DNA from: a virus
Taxonomy: Duplodnaviria > Caudoviricetes
Reading direction: 5' to 3' (one strand)
Virus record (IMG/VR): IMGVR_UViG_3300033074_001483
Coordinates: 21,517-85,516 of that record
Length of the DNA stretch: 64,000 bases
Part shown: positions 20,835 through 31,161 of the stretch, piece after piece
Position numbering within the stretch: position 1 is the stretch's first letter
Layout of the letters: each line of letters starts with the position of its first letter
The notes under the pieces: model-generated
What the model saw: the letters and a program-made list of their open reading frames with translations, nothing else
Databases searched by the model: none
What the model was told of the DNA's origin: nothing
Translations under genes and position numbers: made by a program

Positions 20835-21570
20835 AAATGTTTTCTTTCAGTATTTCTGGAATACGTTCAAATTCAAAATAAGGTATTCGAACAAGTTTAA
20901 TTCCTCTTTGTTTGGCATATTCGTTTTTTATTCCATCCCTCCATTTTGTTTCTTGTAAATCTTTTATAGTTTTATGATTTTTTCCAAGATACATTGGTCG
21001 GAAATGTTGTTCTCCATCATATTCTATAAGTATCTTCTTACCTAAAATATAAAAATCAAACTTGAAAGGATAATTGGTTTTTGGATTTCGACAGTCAGAA
21101 AAGGTTTGTTGTTCTTTGAATAAAACATTGTTAGTTTCTAACCATTGTCGGATAGCTATTTCACCACGAGAAGAATTACATTTTGGGCATCCGTGTTTTA
21201 AGTTTATATGCCACGCAGGAGCTTGCCGAAATATGCCATGTTTTTTACATATTATATCCACCTTTTTCTTTGCATTGACATATTTGACCAGCGAATAGTC
21301 ATATACATCTCCGTGAATTTTGCGTGCGTCTGTGGTAAACTTTTCAAAAGATTTTATACGATTGCATCCATTCCTCAAATATCTACACTTTGGGCATCCT
21401 TGCCCTCTCATATGAGAATATGCAATTTGAGAAAATTGTCCATGTAAAGGACAGATGATTATTACCTTATCCGAACAACAAATGTAGTTCACTAAAGAAT
21501 AATCATATCTTTCGCCATGAAAAAATTTCGATCTTCTAAGAAAAGTTTCTATTGACAATCTATGATTCAC
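20824..21570 (-). CDS. Putative homing endonuclease (zinc-ribbon repeats plus PD-(D/E)XK/Vsr-like domain)
   Basis: Two YDYSLV..ICP.HG.F repeats; FDFYI..LIEYDGEQHF. Confidence 0.8.
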   Translation of the reverse strand: MNHRLSIETFLRRSKFFHGERYDYSLVNYICCSDKVIIICPLHGQFSQIAYSHMRGQGCPKCRYLRNGCNRIKSFEKFTTDARKIHGDVYDYSLVKYVNAKKKVDIICKKHGIFRQAPAWHINLKHGCPKCNSSRGEIAIRQWLETNNVLFKEQQTFSDCRNPKTNYPFKFDFYILGKKILIEYDGEQHFRPMYLGKNHKTIKDLQETKWRDGIKNEYAKQRGIKLVRIPYFEFERIPEILKENIYES

Positions 21571-21648
21571 ATAAATAAATATGGGTCAATACCTGAAAAT
21601 CAAAGTTATTTATTCAGAACCAGCATTTATTTTAACTTTACGCTTAGC

Positions 21649-22542
21649 TCAGCTATAGCGTTCAGTTACCACATCCCCATTCTCAATGTAAGAACGCTGA
21701 ATGTTATCGTGATATTGCTTCATCTTGTTAATAACCTTGGTTATCTGCTGTGTTTTACACGATGCCATTTCACGGATGTAAAGGTACAATGCTTTTTTGT
21801 TGAAGGCGTCAATTCTCTCCGAATTTCGGAACAGATTGACCACGGCATTGGCAATGTTTAAGTCTCGTTGTTTAGTGAAGATTTTGTCAACATTCTTTTC
21901 CCAAAAGTCAACAATCAATCTGATAAAGTCGGACATCTCCTGTTGGGCATAGTACTTATCATGTGCTTGAAGTTGGACTGTATGCTCGTCTCTTTCCTCA
22001 CTTATCTCTACATTTTGATTGAACTTCTTGTAGTTTGTATTATTGAGAAGAATGAGATAGTGCTTGGCAATGATGGAAAAGTAAGCGAATGCTTTAGTCT
22101 TCTTGTTGGGGTCGGTCTTACTCTTGCGTGATGGGTCAAACTTGTGCATGTTGGCAACAAGGTGAGTTAGACATTCCTTCTGAACATCTTGGGGACCAGT
22201 TTCAAAATAGGAAAACTTGAAAGTATTGAAAACATTCTCTACCAATTTTTGGAATGGATGAAGAATCTGTTCACGAAAAATTTTCTCACGAACATCTTGG
22301 TTTGTTTCTTTGTTGTACAAAATAATAGCATCCTCAGTTTCCTGAGTAAAATACATTCGTGAAACGTTTTTGGTCCGTCGTCTTCGCCGACGTTTAGGAG
22401 CTTGAACGGGGGGAGAAGAAACCAAAATTACAGGAGATTTAACGACGATTCGCTTTATGCGTCTTGTCTTTATTGCCCTGGTGATTTTCTTTTTTGGTGT
22501 GCGCCGTGCCTTAACATGTATAACCTTTTTCTTTTTATGCAT
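21649..22542 (-). CDS. Late sigma factor, T4 gp55-like, with very basic N-terminal extension
   Basis: KFDPS..KAFAYFSIIAK motif resembles the gp55 family. Confidence 0.65.
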   Translation of the reverse strand: MHKKKKVIHVKARRTPKKKITRAIKTRRIKRIVVKSPVILVSSPPVQAPKRRRRRRTKNVSRMYFTQETEDAIILYNKETNQDVREKIFREQILHPFQKLVENVFNTFKFSYFETGPQDVQKECLTHLVANMHKFDPSRKSKTDPNKKTKAFAYFSIIAKHYLILLNNTNYKKFNQNVEISEERDEHTVQLQAHDKYYAQQEMSDFIRLIVDFWEKNVDKIFTKQRDLNIANAVVNLFRNSERIDAFNKKALYLYIREMASCKTQQITKVINKMKQYHDNIQRSYIENGDVVTERYS

Positions 22543-22548
22543 ACGGAG

Positions 22549-22839
22549 TTATTGTGTCCTCTCATTCAACTTCTCTATGAGGTCCAATAACTCCTTGAAG
22601 ATTCGTCCCACTTGATCATCCGATTCGAAATTCCCCTTATCATTTAATGATGTAGCAAACGTACCTTCTTTGTCTATCGCTCGCATCTCTTCGAGAGTAT
22701 TTACCAAATCCATTTTGAATTCCAGTATCCAGTTCTCGTAAGTTTTGATTTTGAAAAGGAGTCTTCTGATAAGAATGAAAGCAGCGAAACAAAATCCTAA
22801 CGAGATAATCAGGCCGAAAGTCAATAGAAAAGTAATCAT
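22549..22839 (-). CDS. Hypothetical membrane-anchored protein
   Basis: N-terminal hydrophobic helix. Confidence 0.5.
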   Translation of the reverse strand: MITFLLTFGLIISLGFCFAAFILIRRLLFKIKTYENWILEFKMDLVNTLEEMRAIDKEGTFATSLNDKGNFESDDQVGRIFKELLDLIEKLNERTQ

Positions 22840-22842
22840 GGT

Positions 22843-22980
22843 TTAATCTTCTTCACTGGGAGCGTCAGAATCAAGAAATTCCTTTAAGGTTTCGTTTGCT
22901 TCTTCGACGATATCCCAATCTTTATTTGCAATTGCATCTGTCAGTTGCTCTATGATGTATTTTATGTCGGATTGATCCAT
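22843..22980 (-). CDS. Small acidic hypothetical protein
   Basis: MDQSDIKYIIEQL; start moved to internal ATG. Confidence 0.4.
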   Translation of the reverse strand: MDQSDIKYIIEQLTDAIANKDWDIVEEANETLKEFLDSDAPSEED

Positions 22981-23108
22981 AGAATGTTTTGCCTTTTCCA
23001 AGGTTAACCGACCCATACATATAGACAAATTTTCAAAAAAGGTAAAAATCTACCTTCATTGACGTAATAATATACTAACCAATTCGATCTGTCAACTTAT
23101 TTTAAGTG

Positions 23109-24110
23109 TTACATCCAAGGCTGACGATTGTTGATTGGATGATGTCCTTCCTCATGTGGATGCTCATGAGTAGTTCCATCTTCGTGGGTATGTTTCTCAG
23201 TTTCTATTTTGGGTTTTTCAGCAGGAGTTTCAATTATTTCTTCTGGAAGGGAGGATTTTATAAACGGCATTGGAGGTTCCGGTTGAGGATTGCTAGTTGC
23301 TTCTTCCTCCCTGTTCTTATACGTTGCCACGTTATAGGCCAGAATTAAAGCAACGGCTAGTGGGTCAAATACGAAGATAAGAGTGATGATAAACCACTTG
23401 GCAACTTTGTCAAGACTTGTTCCGAATTGATCTGCTACAAACTTGAAGGTCTGAATGTCTTTCTTTTCCGCCGAAGAAAACTTCATCTCATTTACTTGTT
23501 GGTCAATCTTAGCAATTTCATCCACGGTAGTCTGAATTTTATCGTTTTCAGAGCGAATATCACTATCCGCAGACTTGATAAGTTCGGCGGTCTGGTCTTG
23601 AATCTGCTTCAACTGAATAGGATTGCGGGTCAAGAAAGCATTGGTGAGTGCTTCGTTCATACGGCTTTCTTGCATAAGACGCATATCATTGAGGGTCTTG
23701 ATACGAGTCTTGGACTGTGAAATCTTGTCTTGAAGATAGGTCTTTTGCTCCTCCACCATCACAATCTTGTCCTGTGCTGCCTTAAACTCAAGGGAAGACT
23801 TCTGATATGCTGCTGAAAGGTATCCAAAAATACCCAAGGAAGTCACGAGCATTAAAACAAGTGTTGCGATGCTAAGGTACGTCTTTAGAAATCCCTTGGT
23901 CTTCTTCCAGTAGCGGTAAAGGTAGGTTACGGCAACCAATTTACCAACCTCTAATGCAGATGCCATGATTGCTGTAAGGACAAATGCCCCTGCGAATAAA
24001 GTAGCAATACCATATACAGAGAAAAATGCTGCCACGAGTGCGATAACGATGGCAGTAATGCCAAGCAATCTATCGAATCGGATGAATCGGTCAATTATAC
24101 GATCTTTCAT
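23109..24110 (-). CDS. Membrane protein with long coiled coil
   Basis: Three N-terminal TM helices, coiled coil, C-terminal FDPLAVAL TM segment. Confidence 0.65.
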   Translation of the reverse strand: MKDRIIDRFIRFDRLLGITAIVIALVAAFFSVYGIATLFAGAFVLTAIMASALEVGKLVAVTYLYRYWKKTKGFLKTYLSIATLVLMLVTSLGIFGYLSAAYQKSSLEFKAAQDKIVMVEEQKTYLQDKISQSKTRIKTLNDMRLMQESRMNEALTNAFLTRNPIQLKQIQDQTAELIKSADSDIRSENDKIQTTVDEIAKIDQQVNEMKFSSAEKKDIQTFKFVADQFGTSLDKVAKWFIITLIFVFDPLAVALILAYNVATYKNREEEATSNPQPEPPMPFIKSSLPEEIIETPAEKPKIETEKHTHEDGTTHEHPHEEGHHPINNRQPWM

Positions 24111-24139
24111 ACGTGGTTATAAATATCCCCTGTACATGC

Positions 24140-24162
24140 AAAAACCCCCGATTTCTCAGGGG
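24140..24162 (-). terminator. Intrinsic terminator after Hsp20
   Basis: CCCC-TGAGAAATC-GGGG hairpin followed by a T-tract on the minus strand. Confidence 0.55.
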
Positions 24163-24183
24163 TGTGCATAACTACATACGTAC

Positions 24184-24657
24184 TTATTGAACCGCAATCT
24201 GTCTTACTTCGACGGGTTTGGGGTCTGGTTCTCTTTTTGGAAGAGTGACTTCAAGAACACCATTTTCAAACTTGGAAGCAATCTTATCGGTGTCAATGTT
24301 TTTTCCGAGGGCAAACGAGCGACAGAAGGCAGAATGCTTCAATTCACGATGAACGTAAGACTTACCTTTCTTTTCATCTACATCCTTCTTTTCGCCTTTG
24401 ATACGAAGGATACCACCCTCAAGTTCTACTTTGACTTGCTCTTTTTTCAAGCCGGGAACCTCGGCCTCAATAACCATCTGAGTTTCTTCGTCACGAACGT
24501 CAACTTTTGGATAAGTTCCCTTTTCAAAAAAGTCCTTCCCAAAAACGTCAAACGAATCATTGAAGAAGTCGTCAAATAGAGTTGAGAATGGGGTTAAGAA
24601 CTCGTCCTTGTTGAAGACCGCAGGACTAAACGGAGATGTAATTCTTGCGAGTTGCAT
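24184..24657 (-). CDS. Small heat-shock protein (Hsp20)
   Basis: YPKVDV..IEAEVPGL.KE..KFENGVLEVTLPK alpha-crystallin motif. Confidence 0.95.
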   Translation of the reverse strand: MQLARITSPFSPAVFNKDEFLTPFSTLFDDFFNDSFDVFGKDFFEKGTYPKVDVRDEETQMVIEAEVPGLKKEQVKVELEGGILRIKGEKKDVDEKKGKSYVHRELKHSAFCRSFALGKNIDTDKIASKFENGVLEVTLPKREPDPKPVEVRQIAVQ

Positions 24658-24786
24658 AGCTTTTTTCCTTTCTTTAACTACAAGTTGTCAGTTAAAATAT
24701 CTGCCCTCACAAGAGGCACAGATATGAATGCTAAACAGCATTCTATGGATACATATAATACATCCAACAAAAATTGTCAAGAATTT

Positions 24787-26163
24787 TTAGTACACCACAA
24801 TCTGAAACCACACATTTTCTGGATATCCAGACCAGTCACCTGTACCTCTTACGGAGGCAGTAAACTTGGTTGTCGTTCGACGTGCCCAAGGATAAGTCAT
24901 GACAGTAAACACTTCGTTACCTTGTTCTCCACCCGCACCAAATGCAAAATACGTTGTATCAGACATTGCGGTTGTTAACGTAACGATAAAGTTTCCAACA
25001 TTCGTTGATCCATTGTAACTTTGTGTATATGGATAAGGAAATGATCTCACAAAGCTTGTGTTTATATCTGTAATTGTGTTAAACCCAACCGCTGGGTTGA
25101 TATCTCGTCCTGCCCATGATACATCAGAGATATTATGTCCGGCAACAATCATTGGTTTATTAAGAGCGTTTCCAGTGATTTGATCTGCGGGAGTATTTGT
25201 GCTATAGTTCGAGGCTGTTGGCACAATAACATATGCCCACGCCTTTGCCGATCCGGGCATAAGTGCTCCATCAACATAGCTTGCAGTTTTTGCTTTGTCA
25301 GACCAACTGGACGTTCCAAGAAAACCTACCCGTTCTTCCCCAACAAGACTTGCTGTGAAATCAGTTGCTTCAACTTTTCTGACATAAAGTTCTCCATTAG
25401 TTGAAAGAAACATGAGACTTGAACTATCCGAAGTTGAATAATCCCAAGTGGACCAGAAAAATCCCGGCTTATTAACGTATTGCAAATCAATATTGGGACC
25501 CAGAGGATATGGATCATCGTTATTATCAAGATGATCAAACCGAATATGTCCTTTATCCTGAACTTCTTCAATGAAATAGAGCCTTCCCCAGTCATTTTTC
25601 AAAGGATCAGGCCCGCCACTATTGGATCCTCCTTGGAAGAAAATACAGTTTGTGTGATTATCATAAGCCAGACTTTGTTTCATAGGAATGATAAGTCTTG
25701 ATCCGGATGCCACCCTTATAGCAATGCTTGCGGTAAGAGTGCTTACATGACCACTTCCAGTAAGATAACTAGCCGTAAGGGATGAAGTAGCATAAAGTGA
25801 CTGGGTAGAAAATAAACTTTGTGTAGCAAATCGTGACTGGGTAGCAAATGCACTTTGAGATGCATATAAACTACTGGTTGCGAACAAAGATTGAGTTGCA
25901 AACTCTGCTTGAGTTGCATTTTCTATTGTTATTGCACTAATATTAACATAGCTGGCAGTTTCGGCAAAGCTTGCGGTTTCTGCATAGGACGCAGAAATAG
26001 ATGCAGTCGCATGTCCAACGGGAACACTTGCGGAAATAAACGCTCCAAGTGCGTCTAAGCTTGTGCGATACGTAGTCAATGAGCTACTATCAACAAGAGG
26101 AATGAAATCTTCTGCTATTACAGCAGAAAAGTCATTGAGTTCACTGATTTTGATGCTGGCCAT
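24787..26163 (-). CDS. Tail fibre-like protein
   Basis: IKISEL N-terminus; AS(Y/F)A / ATQS repeats. Confidence 0.6.
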   Translation of the reverse strand: MASIKISELNDFSAVIAEDFIPLVDSSSLTTYRTSLDALGAFISASVPVGHATASISASYAETASFAETASYVNISAITIENATQAEFATQSLFATSSLYASQSAFATQSRFATQSLFSTQSLYATSSLTASYLTGSGHVSTLTASIAIRVASGSRLIIPMKQSLAYDNHTNCIFFQGGSNSGGPDPLKNDWGRLYFIEEVQDKGHIRFDHLDNNDDPYPLGPNIDLQYVNKPGFFWSTWDYSTSDSSSLMFLSTNGELYVRKVEATDFTASLVGEERVGFLGTSSWSDKAKTASYVDGALMPGSAKAWAYVIVPTASNYSTNTPADQITGNALNKPMIVAGHNISDVSWAGRDINPAVGFNTITDINTSFVRSFPYPYTQSYNGSTNVGNFIVTLTTAMSDTTYFAFGAGGEQGNEVFTVMTYPWARRTTTKFTASVRGTGDWSGYPENVWFQIVVY

Positions 26164-26164
26164 A

Positions 26165-27256
26165 TTAGAATTCGATTACTGTTAAGCTAGATGTTCCAAA
26201 CTTGGTTCCGTTGAAAGACCGATTGATATAATAGTCCCCATCGTCATTGTATGCCCGAGCTATGTAGTAAACCGTTTCTCCTTGCAATGCTGTTGGGGTA
26301 TCAAGATAACTTGTACAAATTGTATCAACACTGTCTAAACTTGATGAAGATATACCAATTGTATTGATCAGAGCAACATCCCCACCTATGGACGCACTTC
26401 TCCACAAGGATATACCTGTCACTCCTCCAACGGCTACGGACAGATTTACCAAATATGTTGGAGCATCATTTGTAACAGACATGGTAACAACCAAATCAAT
26501 AATGTTATCGGGAGAAGTTTCAGTAATACTATTTCCTGTTTGTTTTTCGACCGAAATGGCAGATTGTTTATCTTGAATACCATTGTTTGCTGTTCCCGCT
26601 GTTCCTGCCACAGTAGCATAAGTTGCCGTATTTGCTGTTCCAGTAACAAGACTGAATGAAGCAGTTATGGCATTGGATGCTGTAACAGCACTGGATGCTG
26701 TGTACATAAACGAAGCGGTATAAGCATATGCCGACGCTGTAGCATAAGAAGCTGAAAATGCAAAAAATGATTGTGTTGCATAACTGCTACTTATTGCATA
26801 AGATGCAGTTCCATTTCCCACCAATGGCGAGTAAATCAAATAGGAAGCACTACGAGCATAATCAGCAAAAGCAGATGAATAAATCAACTGAACAGAAGAT
26901 GTGAGAGCATAGGAAGCAGTTATAACATACGATCCACTTAATGACCAAGATGCTGAAAGTGCTGTAAGAGCATGTGATGCTGTAATAGCACTCAATGCAA
27001 GAGCGGCAATAGCGGCATAAGAGGAAGACGCTTGTGGGGGTGCCCAAGATGCTGAGACTGCTTTTTCCGCCCAACTTGATGTCCCAAAAAGTGAACCAGA
27101 AAGGTTGCCGCCTGAAAGCAGATAGCTGCTAAGTTCTGTGAGCGTTAACTTTTTGGATTCAGGATTCGGCGCAACATCTGCTAAGAGCAGGAGGTCGGAA
27201 GGACTCAACTCCGCAGCTGTGATTTGAACCAGTTCTGATACTCGCTTATTTGCCAT
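26165..27256 (-). CDS. Tail fibre-like protein
   Basis: KRVSELVQIT N-terminus; many ASYA/ASWA repeats. Confidence 0.6.
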   Translation of the reverse strand: MANKRVSELVQITAAELSPSDLLLLADVAPNPESKKLTLTELSSYLLSGGNLSGSLFGTSSWAEKAVSASWAPPQASSSYAAIAALALSAITASHALTALSASWSLSGSYVITASYALTSSVQLIYSSAFADYARSASYLIYSPLVGNGTASYAISSSYATQSFFAFSASYATASAYAYTASFMYTASSAVTASNAITASFSLVTGTANTATYATVAGTAGTANNGIQDKQSAISVEKQTGNSITETSPDNIIDLVVTMSVTNDAPTYLVNLSVAVGGVTGISLWRSASIGGDVALINTIGISSSSLDSVDTICTSYLDTPTALQGETVYYIARAYNDDGDYYINRSFNGTKFGTSSLTVIEF

Positions 27257-27286
27257 ATACGATAAATAGCGACCACAGAGCTTTTT

Positions 27287-28075
27287 TTACTTGGCATTTG
27301 ACGTATTGAGCGGGGTCGTCTCTTTTCGTATCTTACGAATAATGAACTGAACTAGACCACTTCGGACAATATCATCTTCAGTAAAGCGGAACACATGAAT
27401 ACCATTCGCACGGCTTTCTTCGTCGTCCAAATGTCCAAGCATTTTTATAAAACCACTCTTGCCATTGATGTCGCTTTGCTCTGGATCACCCAATATAAAT
27501 ACTTTTGAAAACTCCCCGGTGCGTGTAATAAGCGTGAAAAGTTCCTTGAAGGTCATGTTCTGAGCTTCATCGGCTATAATAACTTTCGCATTCCAGTTCA
27601 ATCCACGGAGGAATCCTACGGGAATGCCGGTGACACGTTCTTCTTTCAAAAGAATATCAATATCACCCTTTGGAAGCATTTCCGACATCTTATCCAGTAG
27701 AGGTTGAATATAAGGTGCCAGTTTTTCATCCGCTTCACCGGGAAGAAATCCAAGTTTGGCGTCAGCACTCTCAACAGCACTGCGAATGTACACAAGATCA
27801 CTGACTCGCTTTTCGTTAATCATGGTGAGAGCATGAAATACAGCAAGAAAAGTCTTGCTGGTTCCAGCAGGACCAGAAACAAACATGATTTTAGTTGTCT
27901 TGGATGCTGCAAGAGTTAGAAACTCTTTTTGTTTTTCGGTCAAGTCTCTTTGATACAATTTCAAGAGACCTTTCAGTTTAGATCGTTGTGGAATAATATG
28001 GCTTTTGTCTGTTCTTACTGACTCATTCGTTATCGGATTGATCTGGTCTTGGGCGATTCGGTTTTTCTTTTTCAT
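27287..28075 (-). CDS. phoH: PhoH-family ATPase
   Basis: GPAGTSKT, LGFLPG, RG, DEAQN, GDPEQSD, DIVRSGLV motifs. Confidence 0.95.
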   Translation of the reverse strand: MKKKNRIAQDQINPITNESVRTDKSHIIPQRSKLKGLLKLYQRDLTEKQKEFLTLAASKTTKIMFVSGPAGTSKTFLAVFHALTMINEKRVSDLVYIRSAVESADAKLGFLPGEADEKLAPYIQPLLDKMSEMLPKGDIDILLKEERVTGIPVGFLRGLNWNAKVIIADEAQNMTFKELFTLITRTGEFSKVFILGDPEQSDINGKSGFIKMLGHLDDEESRANGIHVFRFTEDDIVRSGLVQFIIRKIRKETTPLNTSNAK

Positions 28076-28400
28076 CAGTTTTTTCTTTAAGCAGTTTGCG
28101 TAACGCTTCTACTCTCGGGCACAACTCAAATATTTGATTTTCCGTATAGTATTTGCCAATGTGCTCCAAATTGATACCAAATTCTCGTTCATTGAGGGTA
28201 ATAACAAACGGAGAATTGCTGAACTGAAAGACTTCCACAATAGGAAGTTTGTTTTCGATAGCGAACTTGATTGAAGATACAACATGTTCCATCATGTCAA
28301 CTTTGAATTTGTTGACGAAGACTCTCATCTCGTCATTAGGTGACGGGAGAACATATAACTCATTTTCTTTCATATTGGTCCGCTTACTTCTTTTGACCAT
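28023..28400 (-). CDS. Hypothetical protein
   Basis: Start moved to MVKRSK after a TATTTAT motif. Confidence 0.5.
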   Translation of the reverse strand: MVKRSKRTNMKENELYVLPSPNDEMRVFVNKFKVDMMEHVVSSIKFAIENKLPIVEVFQFSNSPFVITLNEREFGINLEHIGKYYTENQIFELCPRVEALRKLLKEKTDEKEKPNRPRPDQSDNE

Positions 28401-28498
28401 ACCAATAAATATGACGAAGCGTGATGAAGCACATAAACAAAGATCGGAAATGTACACAAAAAAGCACTATGACGTGCTTTTCTATGATACTTATTTGT

Positions 28499-28942
28499 AT
28501 GAATACTGAAATATGGAAAGATGTTTGTGGATATGAAGGGTTGTATCAAATCTCATCATTTGGAAACGTGAGACGAACAACGGAGAAGTATAAACGTATG
28601 AGGACTATGAAGTTTATGAAGTCTAAGCGAGGTTATCTAAGGATTATGTTGTGGAAAGATGGCATTCGAAAACCGTATGCAGTTCATCGTTTGGTAGCAA
28701 TTGCATTTATTTCTAATGATTGCCCAGAAAAGATTTTTGTTCATCATAAAAATCATAAACGAGATGATAATAGAGTGGAAAATTTAGAGTGGGTCACTGC
28801 TAAAATGAATTCAGATTACAATCCATCTGTTAGTGATGTAATCAATCATACTCTAAAAGAAGTATTTTATATTATGAAAATAAAAAAACCGAGCAGTATC
28901 ACCTGCTCGGTCATTATGGACTCTCTTTACAGAGATATGTAG
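28499..28942 (+). CDS. NUMOD4-HNH homing endonuclease
   Basis: EIWKDV.GYEGLYQISSFGNVR; VHRLVAIAF..VHHKNHKRDDNRVENLEWVT. Confidence 0.92.
   Translation: MNTEIWKDVCGYEGLYQISSFGNVRRTTEKYKRMRTMKFMKSKRGYLRIMLWKDGIRKPYAVHRLVAIAFISNDCPEKIFVHHKNHKRDDNRVENLEWVTAKMNSDYNPSVSDVINHTLKEVFYIMKIKKPSSITCSVIMDSLYRDM
28882..28911 (-). terminator. Intrinsic terminator
   Basis: ACCGAGCAG/CTGCTCGGT hairpin with T7 on the minus strand. Confidence 0.65.
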
Positions 28943-28972
28943 CAACATTTCATCCCCAATTGCTACACAAAC

Positions 28973-29230
28973 TTACCATACTCGATGTTTCTTCGGGTCG
29001 AAGACTTCCACTTTCACGGGTGCTCCATGAGAATGGTATCTCTCCACCTTTGACCAAAATTCCAACTCGCTGACACAAGCTGGATCATTAACATCGGAGT
29101 ACTCCTTATCGGAGACCCGATAACCAGCACGAAGTACAACGTACGTTACTGGTCTCGCCTCTGCTGTTTTTCCGTCTGTCACCTGTTGAGGTTCAGGTGC
29201 GGCCTTCTCAGTTTTCTTTCGTTTTCCCAT
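28973..29230 (-). CDS. Hypothetical protein
   Basis: Start moved to MGKRK. Confidence 0.45.
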   Translation of the reverse strand: MGKRKKTEKAAPEPQQVTDGKTAEARPVTYVVLRAGYRVSDKEYSDVNDPACVSELEFWSKVERYHSHGAPVKVEVFDPKKHRVW

Positions 29231-29501
29231 TTTGTAGGTACTTGTTGATGAACTCGGCAACCTGTTTTGCATGTTCTGGAGTTACGATGATATTGTCTGC
29301 CCACGGGTTGCCCGTACGTAGGATATTCCAACACCATCGGATTCGTTCACGCCAACAGAGAGGTCGGGAAGGGGCGTGCTCCCAAATAGAAAACCAGAAT
29401 TCGTCAGGACAATCTTTATTTGGCCAAAAAGTGACTTCAATGGCTTCGCCATGACATTCACACTTAACCATTAAGGACTGTTCTTTTAGTTCTTCAGGCA
29501 T
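29208..29501 (-). CDS. Hypothetical protein
   Basis: 97 aa ORF. Confidence 0.5.
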   Translation of the reverse strand: MPEELKEQSLMVKCECHGEAIEVTFWPNKDCPDEFWFSIWEHAPSRPLCWRERIRWCWNILRTGNPWADNIIVTPEHAKQVAEFINKYLQNGKTKEN

Positions 29502-29546
29502 TGTGCGAGAACTTTACCACGGATGTAACCTGTTGTCAAGTCCAAT

Positions 29547-29900
29547 TTACTGAGTCGGAGATGCAAAATTGGTCACGACTGATGGAGAACTCGCAGGGAG
29601 TTGAACAATGGCAGATTGATTAGTGCCGGTGCCAACTACATTGACGGCAAATGCTCGAAACTTGTAAATGAATCCGGGCTGGAGATTTCTTACTACAGCA
29701 GAGTTAGTTGTGGACGGAACATACGTGATGTAAGTCCAATTCGTCACGGCAGGAATCTTTTGGTATTCAATTCGGTATCCAGTAACCAGCTCGTGTGCTG
29801 GGTTTGGTGTCCAAGTGAAAGTTGCATTGTAAGATACAACTTGTGCAATGGCGACTGCCAAAGTTCCAACGAGTAGAATGGATGCGAGTAGTTTCTTCAT
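29547..29900 (-). CDS. Secreted fibronectin type III domain protein
   Basis: Signal peptide; FTWTP..VTGYRIEY..VRNLQPG..YKFRAFAVN. Confidence 0.85.
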   Translation of the reverse strand: MKKLLASILLVGTLAVAIAQVVSYNATFTWTPNPAHELVTGYRIEYQKIPAVTNWTYITYVPSTTNSAVVRNLQPGFIYKFRAFAVNVVGTGTNQSAIVQLPASSPSVVTNFASPTQ

Positions 29901-29916
29901 ACCTATAAATAGTTGT

Positions 29917-30264
29917 TTATTGTATCACCAGCCTAAAATCTTTTACCATACTTGGGAGACTTTGAGCATCTGATGGAGTTATTACAGCTATCTCATTGCC
30001 GAGGTCGCCTTCTAATCCATTATATGCTTTCGCTCTTGAGGAAAGATAAAGTAAAGTATTTGGAGGTAGATTGGAAATTGTTGCACTTGTCATATACCCG
30101 ACATTGATTGAGTTAGTATAGTTTTGACTGGATGGACCATAGTACAAAACAAAACCCGCCGTATCATTAGTACTTCCTTGATAAGAAATGTTGACTTTCA
30201 AATCCGAAGCAAGTACAGCGCATACGGCGGCAATGCAACAAACAATGGCGAGTAGTTTTTTCAT
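29917..30264 (-). CDS. Secreted fibronectin type III domain protein
   Basis: Signal peptide; AGFVLYYG.SS.NYTNSINVG..ATISNL..AYNGLEGD. Confidence 0.8.
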   Translation of the reverse strand: MKKLLAIVCCIAAVCAVLASDLKVNISYQGSTNDTAGFVLYYGPSSQNYTNSINVGYMTSATISNLPPNTLLYLSSRAKAYNGLEGDLGNEIAVITPSDAQSLPSMVKDFRLVIQ

Positions 30265-30269
30265 GAAAT

Positions 30270-30357
30270 TGGCGGATGGTAAGAGAATCGAACTCTTGCT
30301 CGGTTTACCGAGGCCACAGTTTTCGAAACTGGCCCATTACCTCTCTGGCAACCATCC
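30270..30357 (-). tRNA. tRNA-Ser(CGA)
   Basis: Loop TT-CGA-AA, long variable arm, CCA. Confidence 0.9.
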
Positions 30358-30408
30358 AAATTTTGACGGATAAGTGTGTTTTTGAAAATTTGTTTCATAT
30401 TTATTTGT

Positions 30409-31122
30409 ATGAAACTTCTTATACCAATAAATACACTTGATAAATATAAAAGTCGTGATCAAATACCATTAGAATGTGAAATCTGTAAGATTACCTTTTA
30501 TAGAAACAAAAATGATATTCAATGGGCATTGAAATGTAAAACCAAAAATTGTTTGAAGGTCTGTGGGAAAAAATGTCAACAGATAATCAATGATAAACGT
30601 CTCACTCTTGAATGTTATCAGTGTGGAACTTCTATCAAACGACAAAGACAATCAATCGCCAAATCAAAATTCCAATTCTGTTCAAGCAAATGTTCCGCAA
30701 CATATTGGAATTCTCACAAAACTTGGGGAAGTAATCGTTCCAAACTTGAAATGTGGATTGAACAACAACTCACTACTACATACCCCAACCTTCCCATTGA
30801 ATATAACAAAACCGATGCCATCAATGCTGAGTTAGATATTTACATTCCATCTTTAAAACTTGCGTTCGAGCTCAATGGCATATTCCATTATGAACCCATC
30901 TTCGGGATAGACAAACTAAAATCATTCCAAACAAATGATGCTCGAAAATTCCAATCTTGTATGGAAAATGGAATAGGACTTTGTGTTATTGATACATCTT
31001 CAATAAAGTACTTCAAAGAAGAACGAGGAAAGAAATTCCTTTCGATAATCACCCAAATCATAGACAAGAAAGTGGCGGAAGGCACAGAGCACGATTCTGA
31101 TGCACATTTAAGGCACGTATAG
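30409..31122 (+). CDS. Zinc-finger plus PD-(D/E)XK/Vsr-like endonuclease (putative homing endonuclease)
   Basis: CxxC motifs; ELDIYIP..AFELNGIFHY; antisense between two Ser tRNAs. Confidence 0.75.
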   Translation: MKLLIPINTLDKYKSRDQIPLECEICKITFYRNKNDIQWALKCKTKNCLKVCGKKCQQIINDKRLTLECYQCGTSIKRQRQSIAKSKFQFCSSKCSATYWNSHKTWGSNRSKLEMWIEQQLTTTYPNLPIEYNKTDAINAELDIYIPSLKLAFELNGIFHYEPIFGIDKLKSFQTNDARKFQSCMENGIGLCVIDTSSIKYFKEERGKKFLSIITQIIDKKVAEGTEHDSDAHLRHV

Positions 31123-31161
31123 ATTTCCAATCTATCCCCACACCTAGCAGGTTTACCTTCC
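31073..31161 (-). tRNA. tRNA-Ser(GGA)
   Basis: ATAGA-TTGGAAA-TCTAT; long variable arm; atypical T-loop ATCGTGC; CCA. Confidence 0.85.

Noticed and set aside
5984-21570. Endonucleases at 5984, 15115 and 20824 as intron-encoded genes splitting structural genes
   Set aside because: Flanking genes have plausible complete termini and there is no room for intron cores.
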